From assembly GCA_964578555.1 (NCBI GenBank), contig CAZODJ010000001.1, positions 11,661 through 71,781 of the forward strand: DNA of 60,121 nucleotides. The letters run 5' to 3'. Origin of the DNA: an uncultured Candidatus Kuenenia sp. Its GTDB lineage: Bacteria > Planctomycetota > Planctomycetia > Pirellulales > UBA1268. Below are positions 45,666 to 53,847 of this stretch, piece by piece; positions within the stretch are counted from its first letter, which is position 1, and every line of letters begins with the position of its first letter. A model generated the notes under the pieces. The model saw only the letters and a list, made by a program, of their open reading frames with translations, was not told the DNA's origin and made no database searches. Position numbers and translations under genes: made by a program.

Positions 45666-47918
45666 ATGACGACCGCCGCTCCGGGGCGTCCCCCAGCCGC
45701 CCCTGGGGCAGCCCTGCCCGCACGGTTTGCCGTCGGGCCGGACGAACCGGTGCTGGCATCGTGCCGCTTCGACCTCGACGCGGCCCTCCGTTTTGCCGAT
45801 GGCTGGATCGTTCTAACCCCCCACCGCCTGCTTTCCGACGATCCGGCGACCGGCCGCCCGCCGCCGGATGGCTGCCCCCTGCAGTGGCCGGTCGATGCAA
45901 CCACCGAACTCGACGTCCATCTCAGGGCGGCCGTCGGCCGGATCGAACTCCTGCAGGCCGGCCGGGTCGCCGTGCAGTGGAGATTCACGGCAGCCCGGTC
46001 CAAGGGAGTGCATGCACTCGAAGATGCATTTGACCAAATGGTTCACGGTCGACCCGAGGCCGAAGCCCCCCGCTCTGGTGAGGCAGCGCGACCGATCGCG
46101 GCTCCACCGTCCAAGGCTCTTGACGACGAAGACGGAGAGACCGGGCCGCGGGCCTCTTGGAAATCGTTGATTCGCCTGACTGCCTTCGCCCGCCCCTACC
46201 TGGGCATGGCCGTCGTGGGCGGCCTCCTCTCGTTGGCAAGCACGGCTGCAGCGCTCGTGCCTCCGTACCTGACGATGCCCCTGGTCGACCGAGTCCTGAT
46301 TCCCAGGCAACAAGGCAGTCCGGTGCCATTCTCCGCCGTCTGGTGGTATCTCGGCGGACTGCTACTCGCCGCCACGCTGGCCTGGCTCCTGTCGTGGGCC
46401 CGCACCTGGACATTGGCCTGGGTAAGCGAGCGGATCGCCGCCAACCTTCGGGTCAGCACCTATGCCCATCTCCAGTCCTTGTCACTCGATTTTTTCTCGG
46501 GCAAACGCACCGGCGATCTCATGGCGCGCGTGGGCAACGACACCGACCGAATCAACCTGTTTTTGTCTTTGAACGTCATCAACTTTGTCTCCGATGTGCT
46601 GCTGGTCGCGCTCACGGCAGTCGTCCTCGTCACGCTCAATCCGCTCCTGGCGGCCGTCACGCTGGTGCCTTTTCCGTTCGTCGTGTGGCTCGCCTACACG
46701 GTGCGGGCTCGGCTCCGCCGGGGCTTCAGCCGCGCCAGCATCGCATGGGCCGACATGACAAGCGTGCTGGCCGACACGATTCCGGGAATCCGAGTCGTCA
46801 AGGCGTTTGCCCAAGAGCACCGGGAAATCGAGCGGTTCAAGGCGGCCAATGACCGCGTGCTCGATGCGAACGACCGCGTCAACGTCACCTGGTCGTTCTT
46901 CGGCCCCCTGGTCAGCCTGTTCAGCGAACTCGGCACGCTCGTCGTGTGGGCGGCGGGAGCGTGGCTCGTCTTCGGGGGCACGGTGACCGTGGGCGGCCTG
47001 ACGGCGTTCCTCGCCTACATCACCCGGTTCTACACCCGCGTCGAATCGATGATCCACATGGTTCCCGCGACGCAACGCGCCGCGGCGAGCGCCCAGAGAA
47101 TTTTCGACATCCTCGATTGTCGGCCGACGGTCGCGGAACCGCCGCACCCGGTGCCACTCGGCAAGGTGCGCGGCCGGATCGAGATCGACGGGGTCCATTT
47201 CCGCTACGGTGCACGCGAGATTCTCCACGGCATTGACCTCACGATCGAGCCCGGGGAGATGGTGGGGCTCGTCGGGACCAGTGGCTCTGGAAAGTCGACG
47301 CTCGCCAATCTGGTGTGCCGATTCTACGACCCATCCAGCGGCTCGATCCGCATCGATGGCATCGATCTCAAGGACGTTTCCATCAAGGAGTACCGCAGCA
47401 ACTTGGGCTGCGTGCTTCAGGAGCCATTCCTCTTTTTCGGGACCGTGGCCGAGAACATCACCTATGGCTGCCCAGACGCGTCCCGCGACCGGATCGTCGC
47501 CGCGGCACGGGCCGCCGGAGCCCACGAGTTCATCCTCGCCCTGCCGGCGGCCTATGACTCACGGATCGGCGAGCGTGGCGGATCGCTCTCCGGAGGCGAG
47601 CGGCAGCGGCTCTCGATCGCGCGGGCCCTGCTGGTCGACCCTCGCATTCTCATTCTCGATGAGGCCACGTCGAGCGTCGACGTCGAGACCGAGGCGGCCA
47701 TCCAGGCGGCGATCGATCGTCTCGTGACCGGCCGCACGACGATCGCGATCGCCCACCGCCTCTCCACGCTCAGGCGGGCCGACCGCATCGTCGTTCTGGA
47801 CGGCGGTCGGATCGTGGAGAGCGGCAGCCACGATGCCCTGCTCGCCGCCGGTGGCGCCTACTCGCGTCTGTATCACGCCCAGAGCAAGGAAGCCGACCAG
47901 CCTGCGGCGATTTCGTAG
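45666..47918 (+). CDS. ABC transporter permease/ATPase (exporter type) with about 170-aa N-terminal soluble extension; cyanophycin-associated type
   Basis: I prefer the ATG at 45666 (the track uses TTG at 45612). It has 6 TM segments, then GTSGSGKST, LSGGERQRLSIARAL and ILILDEATSSVD. It is followed by a DUF1854 gene and is divergent from cphA. Confidence 0.85.
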   Translation: MTTAAPGRPPAAPGAALPARFAVGPDEPVLASCRFDLDAALRFADGWIVLTPHRLLSDDPATGRPPPDGCPLQWPVDATTELDVHLRAAVGRIELLQAGRVAVQWRFTAARSKGVHALEDAFDQMVHGRPEAEAPRSGEAARPIAAPPSKALDDEDGETGPRASWKSLIRLTAFARPYLGMAVVGGLLSLASTAAALVPPYLTMPLVDRVLIPRQQGSPVPFSAVWWYLGGLLLAATLAWLLSWARTWTLAWVSERIAANLRVSTYAHLQSLSLDFFSGKRTGDLMARVGNDTDRINLFLSLNVINFVSDVLLVALTAVVLVTLNPLLAAVTLVPFPFVVWLAYTVRARLRRGFSRASIAWADMTSVLADTIPGIRVVKAFAQEHREIERFKAANDRVLDANDRVNVTWSFFGPLVSLFSELGTLVVWAAGAWLVFGGTVTVGGLTAFLAYITRFYTRVESMIHMVPATQRAAASAQRIFDILDCRPTVAEPPHPVPLGKVRGRIEIDGVHFRYGAREILHGIDLTIEPGEMVGLVGTSGSGKSTLANLVCRFYDPSSGSIRIDGIDLKDVSIKEYRSNLGCVLQEPFLFFGTVAENITYGCPDASRDRIVAAARAAGAHEFILALPAAYDSRIGERGGSLSGGERQRLSIARALLVDPRILILDEATSSVDVETEAAIQAAIDRLVTGRTTIAIAHRLSTLRRADRIVVLDGGRIVESGSHDALLAAGGAYSRLYHAQSKEADQPAAIS

Positions 47919-47969
47919 CAGCCCGTGTAACAATCCTTCCAAGACCTGGTGAACACCGCCGGGAAAACG

Positions 47970-48473
47970 ATGACTGCCTCACCCGTTCCCCCGTCTGGCG
48001 ATTTCCCTGCCTTCGCGTCCTACCGACTCGAACAGTCAGGCCACGGCAGGCTGCAGTTCACGGGGACCGACGGCGTCGTTCATGACAATGTCGACGTCAT
48101 TCACGCCTTTCCCGTTTCGGCTCCCCAGGGCGCCGTGGCGATCATCGCCGCGGACGGGACGGAGTTGGCCTGGATCAATTCGCTCGAGACCGCGCCGGAG
48201 CCGTTGCGCAAGACACTCGAACGGGAACTGTCCGTCCGGGAGTTCCTGCCGGTCATCGAGCGCATCGAAGGCGTTTCCGATGGTGAACCGGCCGACTGGA
48301 ACGTGGCGACTGATCGCGGACCGCGGCGGTTCAAAGTCGCCCATACCGACGACATCGTCCGCTGCGGGGACGACTCGGCACTGATCACCGACACCGATGG
48401 CATCCGGTACCGCATCCCCGCGCTCGCCCGGCTGACCGCGCGGGAACGGCACCTGATCGACAAGGCGACCTAG
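47970..48473 (+). CDS. DUF1854-family protein (cyanophycin metabolism-associated)
   Basis: Start is ATG at 47970 (GTG at 47949 is an alternative). The sequence (GRLQFTGTDGVVHDNVDVIHAFPVSAP..LAWINSLETAPEPLRKTLERELSVREFLPVIERIEGVS..WNVATDRGPRRF) matches my recollection of DUF1854 proteins encoded next to such ABC genes. Confidence 0.75.
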   Translation: MTASPVPPSGDFPAFASYRLEQSGHGRLQFTGTDGVVHDNVDVIHAFPVSAPQGAVAIIAADGTELAWINSLETAPEPLRKTLERELSVREFLPVIERIEGVSDGEPADWNVATDRGPRRFKVAHTDDIVRCGDDSALITDTDGIRYRIPALARLTARERHLIDKAT

Positions 48474-48663
48474 CCGATCAGGCATAGTGCCCCCATCTTT
48501 CGCCGTCGTTTGCCGCCGGCCATAAGATGGATCAGTTGCACCGTTCGTGCGGGCCAGGGGCCGTTTTTTCCTGGAAAAACGCCAATTTTTTCTCAACCTT
48601 TCGCTTGAAGCCTGCGTACGGGGGATTAGTCTCGAAGCACCGCTTTTTTGGAGGAGATCGCCC

Positions 48664-50313
48664 ATGTCCGTTTTCGGTGCCTTCCGGTTGTTCGACACCC
48701 GGTCGTCTGCTCAGGCCCGTTGCCTGCGGCTCGTCCTGTGTGCCCTCGTCGCGTTCGCGCCGCAGGCGTCGCTCCTGGTGGCGACGGCTGAAGCCCAGTG
48801 TTGCGGCGATGCGGTCGCTGCTCCGGTGGCGACCCAGACCTACCGCCTCGACGTTCAAACCGTCTACGACGAGGAGCAGGTGACGGCCTATCGCGTCACC
48901 TACGAAACCGTCTACGACACCAAGACCTACACCGTGCAGAAGCCTGTCTGGGAGACCCAGACGCAGGAGCGTCGCTACACCGTGCAGCGTCCGGTCTGGG
49001 AAACCCAGACCCGCGAGGAGCGCTACACGGTCATGAAGCCCGTCTATGAAACGCAGGTCGTCGATCGCAGCTATGACGTCGTGCGCGACGTGGTCGAGAC
49101 GAGTACCCGCGAAGAGCGCTACACCGTCATGAAGCCGATCTACGAGACGGCCATGCAGCAGCAGGTGAGCACGGTGCGCCGTCCCGTCTACGAGACGAGC
49201 GAACGCGAGGAGGCCTACACCGTTGCCGAGCCGGTCACGACGATGCATACGGCCTACTCGGTCGGCACGCAGGCTGTCGATACGGTCACGCCGATGGTGA
49301 CGCCCGGCACGGCGCAGCTCGGTTGGGTGCCCGGTGGTTGGGCCGTCAATCCCTACAACGGCCTCATGCAGTGGCAGCGGGGGGGCTATGCCTGGGCGAT
49401 GACGCCCGGGGCTGTGGTCAACCAAGTGAATCGCGTCTATCAGCCCACCTACACCCCGGTTCAGGTGCCGCAGACGACGATGGTCAACCGCGTCGTGACC
49501 CGCCGCGTGCCCGTGCAGTCCGTTCGCTACGTCGATGAACAGGTGGTCCAGCAGGTGCCCGTGCAGACGATGCGAATGGTCGCCGAAGAGCAGGTTCGCC
49601 AGGTACCCGTGCAGACGGTTCGCAAGGTCGTCGAACGAGTCGATAACAAGGTTCCCGTGCAGACCATGCGGATGGTCGCCGAGGAGCAGGTTCGCCAAGT
49701 GCCCGTGCAGGTGTGCAAGTACGTCACCGAGGAGCGGGTGGAGCCGGTGAGCGTTCAGGTCTGCAAGGTCGTCGCCGAACAGCGGACGATGCAGGTGCCC
49801 CGGACGGTCGAGAAGCAGGTGCCTTATACCTACACCGTGAGGAAGCCACGGACGGTGGTGATGAGAGTGCCGCTCGATCCGTGCGGCAACCCGCTGCCTG
49901 CCGCGGCGGCCCAGGCCCAGCCGATGGCTCCGGCAGCGGCGGCCCGGCCGACCAGCCCCCCCGCAACGCCGACTCCTGCAGCTGCACCGAAGACCTTCAG
50001 CGAAATGCCCGCTCCAGCGGCAAAGAAGGCTCCCGAAGGATGGGGCGGTTCTGATCTGAAGCACGTTGATCCCGAAGCAGCGGCTGCCGTGCGGGCCGAG
50101 AAGCCCGTGGAGAACAGCCTCGAGCCGATCTCAGCCCCCGATGCCAAGCCGTCAACGACTGATTCGCGTTCGGCTCCGCAGCCCGAGCCGAGCGTCGCTC
50201 CGCAAGGCCCGGCCGTCGAACCCGCACCGCCGGGCGGGACGACGCGAGACGTGCCGACCGCCGAGACCTCGGCCGCGCCTTTCCAGGCCGTCCGCGGCGG
50301 CCACACCACCTGA
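48664..50313 (+). CDS. secreted repeat protein with YTV-type and VPVQ-type 16-residue repeats and a Pro/Ala-rich tail
   Basis: Starts at the inner ATG at 48664, preceded by GGAGGAG. It has a signal-like N-terminus, about 7 repeats of the form YTV.KPV.ET.T.E.R, then about 6 repeats of VPVQ....V.E..V.Q. Confidence 0.75.
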   Translation: MSVFGAFRLFDTRSSAQARCLRLVLCALVAFAPQASLLVATAEAQCCGDAVAAPVATQTYRLDVQTVYDEEQVTAYRVTYETVYDTKTYTVQKPVWETQTQERRYTVQRPVWETQTREERYTVMKPVYETQVVDRSYDVVRDVVETSTREERYTVMKPIYETAMQQQVSTVRRPVYETSEREEAYTVAEPVTTMHTAYSVGTQAVDTVTPMVTPGTAQLGWVPGGWAVNPYNGLMQWQRGGYAWAMTPGAVVNQVNRVYQPTYTPVQVPQTTMVNRVVTRRVPVQSVRYVDEQVVQQVPVQTMRMVAEEQVRQVPVQTVRKVVERVDNKVPVQTMRMVAEEQVRQVPVQVCKYVTEERVEPVSVQVCKVVAEQRTMQVPRTVEKQVPYTYTVRKPRTVVMRVPLDPCGNPLPAAAAQAQPMAPAAAARPTSPPATPTPAAAPKTFSEMPAPAAKKAPEGWGGSDLKHVDPEAAAAVRAEKPVENSLEPISAPDAKPSTTDSRSAPQPEPSVAPQGPAVEPAPPGGTTRDVPTAETSAAPFQAVRGGHTT

Positions 50314-50352
50314 TCCTCGTTGGTCAGGGCGGTGGTCGGTATCGATTGCACG

Positions 50353-51483
50353 TCAGTCGCACACCCACCGCATGAGCGACTCTGCCGACGGCATCCGCTG
50401 CCGATCGATCCAGCGAAAGAGAATCGCGGCGACAACGAGAAATGCAGCCGCGAGGCCGAGCGCCGCCGCCGGAGGCATCGCCACCTGCCACAGCCCTGTC
50501 ATCTCCCCACTGGTCGCCGCTCCCCAGGCCCAGAGCGGCCAGATGTGTACGACATGATGCAGGAGGTAGATCGACAACGCATGCCGGCTGAGCGGTGTCG
50601 CCCATTGCAGCAACCAAGCCCATCGGTCACGTTCCCCGTCGAGCAGCGGATGCAGCAAAGCCGCCGCGAGCGTCACCGTGCCGAGCGTCCCGACACAGTA
50701 GGCCGTTGATGCCGGAAACATCGTCCAACCGCGGGCTGATTCTCCGGTGACGGCGAAAGGCAACGTCTCCCACGTCAGGATCATCGCGAGGGCGGCCACG
50801 ATGCCCGCTCCACCGACCGCGGCGATTCGCAGCGATCGCTCACCCCCTCCCTCGTCGAAAAGCCGGGCTGCCATTGCATGACCGAGCAACGGAAACGCCA
50901 GCCAGGGAAAGACCGGAAAATATCCCACGGCAAGCCAGCCGAGCAGCACGTCGGCGAGCGTGAAGTCATAGTCGAAGTAGCCGGCCCGCCAAAAGGCGGC
51001 ATAGTCTGCGCCAACCCGCAGCGCCGGGCTCACGCCGACGATACAAACTGCTCCCATCACCACCACCCACCCCGGCATCCGCCTCGCGACGTCAAGCACG
51101 AGCAGGCTGAATCCGATGAGCGTGAGGATGTCCCAGTTGAAGACATCCTCCGGGAGCCACACGAGCACGTTGAAGACAAACCCAAGTCCGATCAGGAACA
51201 GGCCGCGACGCACGGTTTGCTTGGAAATGGTCTCATTGGACTGACCGCGACGCACCTGCTTGTCGAGCCACAGGCGGTAGCTCATGCCGGAGAGAAAGGT
51301 GAACACTGGTGCCGCAAATCCAGTCGGCAGCCACCAGACGCGATGCACACCCTCGAATGGACCGCTGCCGCCGTCATACCAACCCGACAGGTTCTCGACG
51401 AAGTGCACCACGACCATCAGCACGATCGCCACTGCCCGCAGCACATCGATCGAGGCCTGCCGAGACGCCGTCGTGGAGCTCAC
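50353..51483 (-). CDS. DUF1624/HGSNAT-like membrane acyltransferase family protein
   Basis: The GTG start at 51483 forms a GTGA overlap with the upstream gene's stop. The N-terminus ASIDVLRAVAIVLMVVVHFVENL is typical of the heparan-alpha-glucosaminide N-acetyltransferase-like family. About 10 TM segments. Confidence 0.7.
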   Translation of the reverse strand: MSSTTASRQASIDVLRAVAIVLMVVVHFVENLSGWYDGGSGPFEGVHRVWWLPTGFAAPVFTFLSGMSYRLWLDKQVRRGQSNETISKQTVRRGLFLIGLGFVFNVLVWLPEDVFNWDILTLIGFSLLVLDVARRMPGWVVVMGAVCIVGVSPALRVGADYAAFWRAGYFDYDFTLADVLLGWLAVGYFPVFPWLAFPLLGHAMAARLFDEGGGERSLRIAAVGGAGIVAALAMILTWETLPFAVTGESARGWTMFPASTAYCVGTLGTVTLAAALLHPLLDGERDRWAWLLQWATPLSRHALSIYLLHHVVHIWPLWAWGAATSGEMTGLWQVAMPPAAALGLAAAFLVVAAILFRWIDRQRMPSAESLMRWVCD

Positions 51484-52277
51484 GTCGCATCCGTCCTGGT
51501 AAAAAGATCGATGATGAGAAGGACTGTTTGGATGACGAGGAGCACCACGATCGCCCACTCCAGGCCCATCTGCCGACGGGCGATGCCGAAGTCAGCGGCC
51601 CGCTGCCCGCAGGCCTCGTAGAGCCGCTCGGCAAGTTCCGCCCGGTCGACGGCAAACTCGTGTCGCTCGGCCAGCCGGGTGCGATCCCGCAGTCGCTCAC
51701 CGAGCTGGCTGGCGAGAGTGGGCGGGTGCACCGCAGGGGCATGCACTGTCGGCGCCACGAGAGCCAGCTGCACCCGGACCGCCACCGCCTCACGAAACCG
51801 GGCTGCCAACACATCGCGGTGACCAAGCGACTGCGTGTCGAACTCGAAGGCGTGGGAGGCGTCTTCGTCGAGTGATTCCAGGAGGTCTGCGCACCGCCGC
51901 TCAAGCTGGCGGAGTTCCGCCTCACGATTCGCAAACTCGATGACGGCCGCAGCCAGCACCTCCAGCCGAGCGGGCGGCCCGGCCACGGCAGCCCGGCCCG
52001 GGGTCGCGGCGACATGGCAGCCATACATCGGCACCGTCACGACGGGCAGCGGCCCTCCACGTGGTTGAGGAGCGGCGGCAACCCAAGCCGATACCGTCTG
52101 GGTGAGCAGCCCACCCTCCTCGGTCGACTGCCCATCGCTGTCGTTTTCACATCTCACGACCAGCAGCAGCAGTTCCTCGCCGCAGGCCAGCGGTATGTGT
52201 CGCAGCGACGCGTCCGCCGGCAGCCCCGCGGGAACCGCCGCGTTGCCGCCTGCCTCATCGATATCACTGCCGATCAC
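51480..52277 (-). CDS. hypothetical protein with coiled-coil region and single C-terminal TM helix (tentatively DUF155/RMD1-like)
   Basis: The GTG start at 52277 forms a GTGA overlap with the upstream stop. The C-terminus RRQMGLEWAIVVLLVIQTVLLIIDLF recalls the LEW-hydrophobic tail of DUF155 proteins. This assignment is tentative. Confidence 0.5.
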   Translation of the reverse strand: MIGSDIDEAGGNAAVPAGLPADASLRHIPLACGEELLLLVVRCENDSDGQSTEEGGLLTQTVSAWVAAAPQPRGGPLPVVTVPMYGCHVAATPGRAAVAGPPARLEVLAAAVIEFANREAELRQLERRCADLLESLDEDASHAFEFDTQSLGHRDVLAARFREAVAVRVQLALVAPTVHAPAVHPPTLASQLGERLRDRTRLAERHEFAVDRAELAERLYEACGQRAADFGIARRQMGLEWAIVVLLVIQTVLLIIDLFTRTDAT

Positions 52278-53701
52278 TGCGACGCCTCCGCGGTCTTCCT
52301 GAACGGTCTTGCCTGGGCCGACGGCCGGTCACCCACATACTCAGCCGCGACCCGGTCGGCCACATGCTCGGCGGAGTCGAAGACGCCGTTGAGGGTGGAG
52401 TCATAAAGATAGTCTCCGACGACGAACAGGCCCGGGTGGGCCGGAGACGGCCGGTGGCGGCGGTCGGCCGGCAGTCGCACCCACCCGCCGGGGAGTGCAC
52501 TGACCGCTCCCGTCCAGCGATGCACGCGAGACTCCACCACGTGATCACGACAGGCAGCCAGCGGTGACGGGAGGGAATCGAGCACGGCGACGACGAGAGC
52601 CTCGTCGGATAGCGCAGCCATCTCGACGGCTGCCGCTCCGCCAAGCAGCCAGCCGAGTACCCCGTGGGAGCCGCACGGATCACGGGCCGACTCCACATAG
52701 AGGCAGGTGCCGCCGAAGGCATCGAGCATGAGGTAGGCATCGTCACCCGGCAGGGCGGGAACTGGTCGATCGAGCAGCACGCTGACCCGCAGATAGTGAG
52801 CCGGGTGATCGTGATGCTCGACGTGTCGCTGCATGGCGTCTTCAAGGGTCGTTCCCGTAAACCTGACTCGTTTGAAGGCATCCATCGGCAGCGCGAGGAT
52901 CACCACGTCGAACTCCTCCTCCTGCAGGTGGTCCTCGGCCCGCAGGTGGAGCCGCAGTGTTTCCTCGGGCCCGGCGGCCACCTCGGTCACGACCGTGCCA
53001 AGCCGGACCTGGGCCGCAAGCCGTGCCGTGATCGCGTGCATCAGCTGCTCGTTGCCGCCAGCGATGCAGTAGAGCCGCATGTAGGCGGGATCGTTCATCA
53101 GATAGTTCTGTAGGCCATAGCCGCAGTTCGTCTCGCCCACCTCGGTGGCAAGATCGCTGTGGATCATCACGTCGACATAGCGGCGAGCCTTGCCGCAGGA
53201 GATGCCATCCAGCATCGCCGCGAACCGTCCTCCCGCCGCCGCATCAGTCACATGATCCGATCCCGACCCATAAAACTCGGCGGGCGTGATGCCGGAGCGG
53301 GCGTGGATATCGAAGCTGATGAGTTCGCGGCGGGCATCCTCGCCGCATGCTTCGGCGAGGTCATCGAGGTTAGCGATTGGCCGGCCGGCCAGGAACACCG
53401 TGGATCCACCGAGCGAGACCATTGGCAGCCCCACCTGCCGCACAAGTTCCTTCAAGGGATCATGACCGGCGGGAGAGTAGTCGTACAACTCTGCCGCCCC
53501 GGCCTCGTACCGCACGTCCGCGGCAGCAAATGATGCCGTGCACACCTTCCCGCCAAGCCTGCTCGTGGCCTCGAAAATCGTCAGCGACAACGGCGCGGCC
53601 GCCATTTGCTCGAGATGCCAGGCCGTGAACAGGCCTCCCGGCCCGCCCCCCACGATGGCCACGCGCAGCGGCCTGCTGGAATCCGATGACCACACACTCA
53701 T
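52274..53701 (-). CDS. flavin-containing amine oxidase-like FAD-dependent oxidoreductase
   Basis: Dinucleotide motif RVAIVGGGPGGLFTAWHLE..IFEATSRLGGK and C-terminal FVVGDYLYDSTLNG. I prefer the ATG at 53701 (the GTG at 53737 is an alternative). Confidence 0.75.
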   Translation of the reverse strand: MSVWSSDSSRPLRVAIVGGGPGGLFTAWHLEQMAAAPLSLTIFEATSRLGGKVCTASFAAADVRYEAGAAELYDYSPAGHDPLKELVRQVGLPMVSLGGSTVFLAGRPIANLDDLAEACGEDARRELISFDIHARSGITPAEFYGSGSDHVTDAAAGGRFAAMLDGISCGKARRYVDVMIHSDLATEVGETNCGYGLQNYLMNDPAYMRLYCIAGGNEQLMHAITARLAAQVRLGTVVTEVAAGPEETLRLHLRAEDHLQEEEFDVVILALPMDAFKRVRFTGTTLEDAMQRHVEHHDHPAHYLRVSVLLDRPVPALPGDDAYLMLDAFGGTCLYVESARDPCGSHGVLGWLLGGAAAVEMAALSDEALVVAVLDSLPSPLAACRDHVVESRVHRWTGAVSALPGGWVRLPADRRHRPSPAHPGLFVVGDYLYDSTLNGVFDSAEHVADRVAAEYVGDRPSAQARPFRKTAEASQ

Positions 53702-53730
53702 GGAATCTAAAACGGTTGACAGTGAGGAAT

Positions 53731-53754
53731 GTCGCACTCCGTTCGCGGTGCGAC
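53731..53754. promoter_or_regulatory. inverted repeat GTCGCAC-N10-GTGCGAC in the divergent oxidase / MerR-TPR intergenic region
   Basis: Perfect 7-bp arms read directly from the sequence. TTGACA lies at 53716-53721 just upstream. I see no convincing -10 element. Confidence 0.3.
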
Positions 53755-53847
53755 AAAACGATCCGTCGTTCCCTGCCGGAGAAACCGCGACAATGGACGA
53801 TCGGTCGATCGTGCGTTAGAGTTCGCCGATTCTTCGGAGTCTCGATC

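Noticed and set aside
48900-49800. Regularly spaced DNA repeats that might suggest a CRISPR array
   Set aside because: The 48/96-nt periodicity is in frame within a long ORF and encodes 16-residue protein repeats. The units are degenerate and there is no repeat-spacer alternation.
48532-50064. 510-aa minus-strand ORF
   Set aside because: It is antisense to the YTV/VPVQ repeat gene. Its repetitiveness (HGHL..LHG) only mirrors the sense-strand repeats. It has no signal peptide or start context, whereas the plus-strand gene has GGAGGAG before its ATG.
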